NCBI GenBank assembly: GCA_964618725.1
Contig: CAZUBK010000001.1
Coordinates: forward strand, 196,908-260,907
Reading direction: 5' to 3'
Source of the DNA: an uncultured Pseudomonadales bacterium
GTDB taxonomy: Bacteria > Patescibacteriota > Microgenomatia > UBA1400 > Chazhemtobacteraceae
DNA: 64,000 nucleotides
Shown here: positions 60,429-64,000 of the stretch, in pieces
How positions within the stretch are numbered: the first letter of the stretch is position 1
Layout of the letters: every line of letters begins with the position of its first letter
Notes under the pieces: model-generated
Databases searched by the model: none
Told to the model about the DNA's origin: nothing
The model's input: only the letters and a program-made list of their open reading frames with translations
Program-made: the position numbers and the translations under genes

Positions 60429-60834
60429 GTAAGGATTGTAGTCTTTTTAGTATTCTCAAGATACCTAATGAAATGGTGACAATGAAGAAAGGAAGTAGGG
60501 CCAGTGGTGGAGGAGAAGTTGTAGTAAACAAAATAAAGAAGAAAGCGGGGATTAAGTAGGAGAAGAAGATTAAAGGTGTGATAGAAGGAAGACCGAAAAG
60601 GAAAGGGAGTAGAAAGAGGGGATGAAGAAAGGCCTTTTCCTCTATGCCTCCTCGTTCGCGAGGATGGTTTTGAAAAAAGTAGAAATTAGGATCGAGGATT
60701 TCACCCAGATTTGTTTTAATTGTTTCTTTGTAATTGAGAACGAGAGGTCGAGGGAGAGAAACCAAGCTGATGGCAAGTGCCAGACAGGTAAAGAGAAGGC
60801 CTAACTTGTTTGGAGATAAATTAATCTTCTTCAT
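60421..60834 (-). CDS. Small membrane protein resembling an internal segment of the neighbouring GT-C family
   Basis: NLGEILDPNFYFFQNHPRER resembles the NY..FSP.FLF..D...R loop; overlaps both neighbours. Confidence 0.55.
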   Translation of the reverse strand: MKKINLSPNKLGLLFTCLALAISLVSLPRPLVLNYKETIKTNLGEILDPNFYFFQNHPRERGGIEEKAFLHPLFLLPFLFGLPSITPLIFFSYLIPAFFFILFTTTSPPPLALLPFFIVTISLGILRILKRLQSLHV

Positions 60835-62026
60835 GGGCCACGGGTAACAGTAGAAGAACTAAGTAGGCGACAAGCCAGGCTCGAGAGAGAGAAACAAGAC
60901 TAAGAATAGCGCTAGTTGAGGGAAGAAAAAAGCCGTTGCTGATGTTTAGTAGGTAGAAGAGACCAAGATTAAGTGAGGTGTCGAAAGAGGCAACAATGAT
61001 AGTCCAGCTTATGAGGGTAAAGATAAGAGGAAGAAAGTTTTTTGTCTTTATAGCAAAATAGATGAACCAGGGGGTGAGCCAGAGAAGCCATTGGGGATGG
61101 AAATGGGTAAAAGTGAGACTACTAAACAAGGCGGCGGCGAGAGCTGGGAAAAGCGAGATTTTTCTGTAGACAACTAAACCGATTACCAGAGTATAGAAGA
61201 TAAAGAACCAGGAGATGTCGTGTCCGGAGGCAACCGAGATACCGGCATAAGTGCTTTTAGTGATCTGGTCGGCGTAAAGAGCGTAGTAGCGATAAATAGG
61301 AGAGAAAATAAAGGGAAGAATACCAAGAAAGTAGGTAACAATGCCAAAAGAAATATTGGTGAGAGCAAAGCGAAGACTCTTCTTTTGGAAGTAGAGATAG
61401 AGAGCTAAGACAGGAAGAACAATAACGGCAGCTGGCTTGACTAGAGCAGATAGAGCGATAAAGACAGCAGCATGATGGAAGTGGCTCTTTTTCAGGGCGA
61501 TGAGGGCGAGAACGAGAAAAAAGGTAATGATGATATCGACTTGACCGATCATTGAGGAGACATAGATAGCGAGCGGATTAAGTGCCCAAACTATTTTGGC
61601 TAGACTCTTGTTTCTCTTGTCATCAAAAAGCTTAGGAATAGTAAAGATGATGGCAATGTCGGCGAGAATAAGCGGGAGCTTGTAGATAAATAAGGGGAGG
61701 TAGGGGGCTGCGTGGTTCCAAGAACCGGAAATGACTTGATCGGAGGCGCCTCTGAGAATGAGAAAGAAAGGAAGATAAACAAATGAGGGGAGAAGATAGG
61801 CGAGAGGTTGATAGTTTAGGATCATCTGATGGGGGAAGAGTCGGGCGATACCGTTGATATATTCGACGCCATAATCATAGAAATTTAGCCAATGTCCATC
61901 GAGAACAATAATCTTACTCGCAAAGGCGAGGATACTGAGATCGGGATGATAGGTAAAAATGGATAATACAAGACGCAGGATAATGCCGAAAACAATGACC
62001 AAAGAGACTAGTGAGATTTTTTTCAT
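60821..62026 (-). CDS. GT-C membrane glycosyltransferase (GT87/PIG-M-like)
   Basis: YHPD, YQPL, KLPLILAD, WALNP..IYVSS.IGQVD, LVKP, HPQWLLW. Confidence 0.75.
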   Translation of the reverse strand: MKKISLVSLVIVFGIILRLVLSIFTYHPDLSILAFASKIIVLDGHWLNFYDYGVEYINGIARLFPHQMILNYQPLAYLLPSFVYLPFFLILRGASDQVISGSWNHAAPYLPLFIYKLPLILADIAIIFTIPKLFDDKRNKSLAKIVWALNPLAIYVSSMIGQVDIIITFFLVLALIALKKSHFHHAAVFIALSALVKPAAVIVLPVLALYLYFQKKSLRFALTNISFGIVTYFLGILPFIFSPIYRYYALYADQITKSTYAGISVASGHDISWFFIFYTLVIGLVVYRKISLFPALAAALFSSLTFTHFHPQWLLWLTPWFIYFAIKTKNFLPLIFTLISWTIIVASFDTSLNLGLFYLLNISNGFFLPSTSAILSLVSLSRAWLVAYLVLLLLPVAHEED

Positions 62027-62044
62027 AAGGTGATTTTAAGCTTT

Positions 62045-62854
62045 TTAGTCGCGAAAGCGTTTGCGTCTTAATATTACTTGCCATTTGTGTCCAGTCCATA
62101 AAGTTAGATTGAGTAGCTTAGAATATCGTTTACCAAAATAGGTCTCGGCCGATTGAAGAAGTGGACTTTGCAAATGTTCCTTGAAGTTGCCGCTCGCACC
62201 GTGGGCATGTTTTACTTTAGCTCTTGGAAAATAGTAGAGAGGGAGATTGTTGGTTTTTAGCTTGCGGCAAAAGTCGAAGTCCTCGTAGTATAGAAAATAC
62301 TTTTCGTTTAAGCCACCAATATTATTGATGGTTTCCCGAGGAATCAAGAAGGCGGCCATAACTGCCACGTCAACTTTCTGGGCACGATTGCCAGGGAGAT
62401 ATTTACCAAAACAGGTTTTGCAATTTAAGAAGTTTTTCTTGATTGCATTCAAAATGGTGGGGAAATGAAAGACTGAAGCTTGGGGATGGCCGTCCAGATC
62501 AAGGAGTCGAGGGGCAACTGCACCAAGGGGAAATGTCTTTTGGGCGAAGTCGTAGAGGAGACTTAGGCAGTCCCCGACTACTCGAGTATCGGGGTTAAGG
62601 AGAAGAAGGTACTCCCCGGTCGACTGACCTATTCCCTGATTGACTCCCTTAGAGAAGCCTTGGTTGAGTTTACTGGCAATGACAGTGGGCTTAAGGGGGT
62701 GGCTCTTGGCGACTTTGATGGAATCGTCAGAGGAGGCGTTGTCGACAATAATAACCTCTTTGTTAAGTTTGTCCTTAGAATTCTTGATTGAAGTAAGAAG
62801 GCCAGGAAGATGCTTGGCTGAGTTGTAAGAAACGATGATAATGCTTAGGTCCAT
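62045..62854 (-). CDS. GT2 (rhamnosyltransferase WbbL-like)
   Basis: IIVSYN, VDNASSD, NQGFSKGVN, LLLNPD, FLYYEDFDFC, HAHGAS. Confidence 0.88.
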   Translation of the reverse strand: MDLSIIIVSYNSAKHLPGLLTSIKNSKDKLNKEVIIVDNASSDDSIKVAKSHPLKPTVIASKLNQGFSKGVNQGIGQSTGEYLLLLNPDTRVVGDCLSLLYDFAQKTFPLGAVAPRLLDLDGHPQASVFHFPTILNAIKKNFLNCKTCFGKYLPGNRAQKVDVAVMAAFLIPRETINNIGGLNEKYFLYYEDFDFCRKLKTNNLPLYYFPRAKVKHAHGASGNFKEHLQSPLLQSAETYFGKRYSKLLNLTLWTGHKWQVILRRKRFRD

Positions 62855-62887
62855 TAAACGTAATTGTGCTGGAGAAACCGAATAAAT

Positions 62888-63775
62888 TCAAGTTGAAGTG
62901 CCTTGTGAGAGTAGAGACAATATTTGACGATCAGTCAGTTTAGCTTGGTGACGATTATGGATTCTTTCTTTGGCGACTTGAGGATAGAAACGCATGGCTG
63001 CGAGAATAACTTTGATATAGCCTGGGTGTTTGATAGTATGGCTAACAAGAAACTTGAAGTGTGATACCGCCAGATCCCGATCGGTTAGATTCTGCCAATG
63101 AAAGAGTAACTCATTTCTTTGTTTGAGAAGGCTAACAAAGTTCTTGTTAAGTTTCTTGAAAGTAGATTCGTGTTGATGATCAACCAAGGACTGTGGATCC
63201 CAGATGATCTGGTAACCCTGTTTTAGCGCCCGCCAACCAAGATCAATATCTTCAAAGTAGCCAGGGGAGTATATTTCGTTGTATCCACCCAATTTGTCCC
63301 AAATCTTTTTTTTGAGAATGCAACTTCCTCCGGAGGCCCATGCAATTGAGCGCGCTTTAGAGCGGTCGTTACCTTCTATGAACTGAACTTTGCCGTTGTG
63401 CCAGCTTACCTTAGGCCAACTGTGTTGTTTTTCGGCAAAGGTAACGGCAAAGACCTTAGGATCATTCAGGCGCTTCAAGGCGGAGTCAAGATATCCCTTC
63501 TCTGGAGAGACGTCGTTATTGAGCAGGACGACTAGATCAGTGCTGGTATGAGCTACGGCCTGGTTTGTGTTTTTGGGGAAACCAAGATTCTTTAGGTTTC
63601 TTTGAAAAACTATTTTTGGGTACTTACGCGCCATGAACTCGGGGGTGTCGTCAGTGCCGGCATCGTCATAGACATAGATCTTGTCCACCATAGGCGAGTT
63701 CTTAATGACACTAGGCAGATGCTTCTCTAAGAGATGGCGGCCGTTGAAAGAGGTGATAACAATGGAGTAGTTCAT
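62888..63775 (-). CDS. GT2 (WbbL-like)
   Basis: DDAGTD, NLGF, LLNND, YFEDIDLGWR, HQHEST. Confidence 0.88.
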   Translation of the reverse strand: MNYSIVITSFNGRHLLEKHLPSVIKNSPMVDKIYVYDDAGTDDTPEFMARKYPKIVFQRNLKNLGFPKNTNQAVAHTSTDLVVLLNNDVSPEKGYLDSALKRLNDPKVFAVTFAEKQHSWPKVSWHNGKVQFIEGNDRSKARSIAWASGGSCILKKKIWDKLGGYNEIYSPGYFEDIDLGWRALKQGYQIIWDPQSLVDHQHESTFKKLNKNFVSLLKQRNELLFHWQNLTDRDLAVSHFKFLVSHTIKHPGYIKVILAAMRFYPQVAKERIHNRHQAKLTDRQILSLLSQGTST

Positions 63776-64000
63776 AAACGTTTTTTGATCCCGAGATAGA
63801 AACTAAATATACTTGTGACTACTAAGGAGATCGATGAGATAAGTAAACCACGGCGGAAAGACAAAGGCGAGTAATGGAATACTACGTTGTGTTCACCTGG
63901 TGGGACGATAATAGATCTCAAGGCACCATTGGCCTGATAGATTTTGGTTTCCTGGTCATCGATGTAGGCCTGCCAGTCGGTGACGTAGGTATCAGCTAGG
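63772..64000 (-). CDS. YfhO family membrane protein, C-terminal fragment (5' end outside the window; not in ORF track)
   Basis: Manual translation LADTYVTDWQAYIDDQETKIYQANGALRSIIVPPGEHNVVFHYSPLSFRRGLLIS...KKRL* fits the YfhO C-terminus; TGA overlaps the next ATG. Confidence 0.75.
   Translation of the reverse strand, partial: LADTYVTDWQAYIDDQETKIYQANGALRSIIVPPGEHNVVFHYSPLSFRRGLLISSISLVVTSIFSFYLGIKKRL

Overview
The whole 64 kb is a gene-dense, mixed-orientation surface-glycan biosynthesis region of about 65 CDS. I saw no rRNA, tRNA, CRISPR array or transposase. The gene repertoire (many ArnT/PMT-like GT-C paralogues, short overlaps, apparently leaderless operon starts) resembles Patescibacteria/CPR (Microgenomates-like); this taxonomy is an inference. 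Modules in order: (1) a nonulosonic-acid module with SAF-less NeuB, NeuA, a sialyltransferase-like protein, an SDR/epimerase/SDR operon, GmhA and Wzm/Wzt; (2) 3,6-dideoxyhexose genes (DdhC/RfbH, a reductase, a GT2); (3) a ferredoxin plus cobalamin-dependent radical SAM pair; (4) an 11-gene block at about 25.5-35.3 kb whose enzyme families match the GDP-octose/lincosamide sugar pathway of lincomycin (LmbR, N, P, K, O, M, L, Z), with an SDR where the aminotransferase would be; (5) GDP-fucose-type genes; (6) about 14 GT-C membrane glycosyltransferases, polyprenol-P-sugar synthases and an embedded MNT-HEPN toxin-antitoxin pair. Module 4 is the best candidate for an undescribed system: an eight-carbon (possibly 8-deoxy) sugar pathway serving a cell-surface glycan rather than an antibiotic. 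All calls come from reading motifs by eye; no database searches were run.
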